A stretch of DNA of 64,000 bases from Felis catus (taxonomy: Eukaryota). Below, piece by piece: positions 62,736 to 64,000 of the stretch (position 1 is the first letter of the stretch; each line of letters begins with the position of its first letter). Under the pieces are notes generated by a model, which saw only the letters and a list, made by a program, of their open reading frames with translations, ran no database searches and was not told the DNA's origin. Both the position numbers and the translations under genes were made by a program. The DNA lies in contig NC_058368.1 of NCBI RefSeq assembly GCF_018350175.1, positions 236,346,001-236,410,000 of the forward strand. The letters run 5' to 3'.

Positions 62736-64000
62736 TTAAAATCCAGAATCTGATTTAAAAGGCAAACGAAGGTAGGCGATGGAGGTGATAAAGGAGAAGA
62801 AAGACACTGTGTCTGGCCCACTGTGGAAGGGCCATCTCATTGGCCATCTCACGACCGCATGGGGATGATGGACACAAACGCAGCCTTCAGATATGGTAGA
62901 ATGGGTTGGCTGGGGTTAGCCCAACGCCCGCTCACAACTTTAGAGAGGTTTATGCCTACAGTATCTATGTACTCTCCCCATCTATTTCCACCTATATACT
63001 GATAGTGAAATAGTTGAAAGAGGCATCTACTAATTACGACTTTATTTTATTATAGAAAATAGGCTGAACTCCGATTAGAAAGGAACTCAGGGAGCTGCTG
63101 AAGAGTTGCATCGGCCCTAATGTAAAGCAAAAGGAAAACATTCAGTGTGTGTATCTTGGGCATATGGTCACAACATGGGGACTGGGGAGGCCAAGAGAAG
63201 AAAGGATGAAAGGCTGAGAACAATTTCAAATACCAAGAGAAATCCTTTTGGCTAAGAATAATGTACCTTCCGTGTCTTTCAAAAATTTTCTCAACAGATG
63301 GGCTGCTGGGCTTTGCTCCCCACAGAAAGTTCAAAACGGTAGGGACGATTTCAATTACTCACTTGGATTTTAAGGAAATGGAGAAAAATGTCGGTGCTAA
63401 CGTCTTCAGGGTTTAGATCAACTACAGAAGTCAGCGATCAGCCGAGATAAAAAGTCAGCAAACCGCAGGCAGATGGGAGTGTAGCACCGAGTCCCCCCAC
63501 AACCTCCCCCCCGACCTCTCCCCCAACACCCCCGCCCCCGGTGCCTCGCTTTGTGGTTTCGTGTCCTCCCTCCCCACCGACGGCAGGGCACAGCTTAGAG
63601 GGTTTGGACCTGGATTTCCCTGCGGGCACTGGTGTTGTCCTTGTTTTATTTACTGGAAGGGTAGACGTGGAGGGAAGTCGGGATGGGTGTTTGCTGTTGA
63701 GTCGTAGTGAAGGGACACTAGTCAGTGGTGCCCACGATTTAGAGCTGAGTTGGGAGGTCCCAGACACGCTGTTCCTTTCTTCCCTTTGTTGAGTCGTCGC
63801 TGTCTCAGCCATGGGGCCGAGCCAAAGTCGATGCACTGGGGTGACGGGGACACATTTACTGGGCTCCTAGCACGAGCCCTCTGCCCACTTCTTTGCCTCC
63901 TGCTTAGGTCACCCTGACCCTCCCGGTCTGCACCCACTGTCAGCAGGTGGGGCTGTCTTTCCAAGAAGGTTACATCCTCCTTCTTCTTTCCCGCTCAGTT

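Noticed and set aside
63438..63836. 132-aa Ser/Thr/Pro-rich minus-strand ORF near the window end
   Set aside because: No recognisable homology or clear splice boundaries, and it runs into a low-complexity G tract.

Overview
Mammalian non-coding DNA from a feliform carnivore, most likely a cat or other felid. The evidence is 20 tRNA-derived Can-SINEs of feliform type and an L1_Fc-like 3' end. I recognise no protein-coding gene, RNA gene or CRISPR array; the only ORFs with identifiable homology are decayed LINE-1 ORF2 fragments at 41.5-44.7 kb. The window is an intergenic or intronic mosaic of Can-SINEs, L1, L2, MIR, MaLR/ERVL LTRs, MER DNA transposons and microsatellites. It also has a CpG-rich island at about 7.8-8.3 kb and several repeat-free, motif-dense blocks that look like developmental enhancers. 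I found no evidence of a new multi-gene system. The most notable observations are L1 relics with a strong AT-to-GC shift (a candidate GC-biased gene conversion footprint), a SINE pair with four target-site copies, a SINE insertion with target deletion, nested transposon stacks and a near-symmetric GAA mirror repeat. Repeat names come from my recall of consensus sequences, not from a search; subfamily calls and boundaries are approximate.
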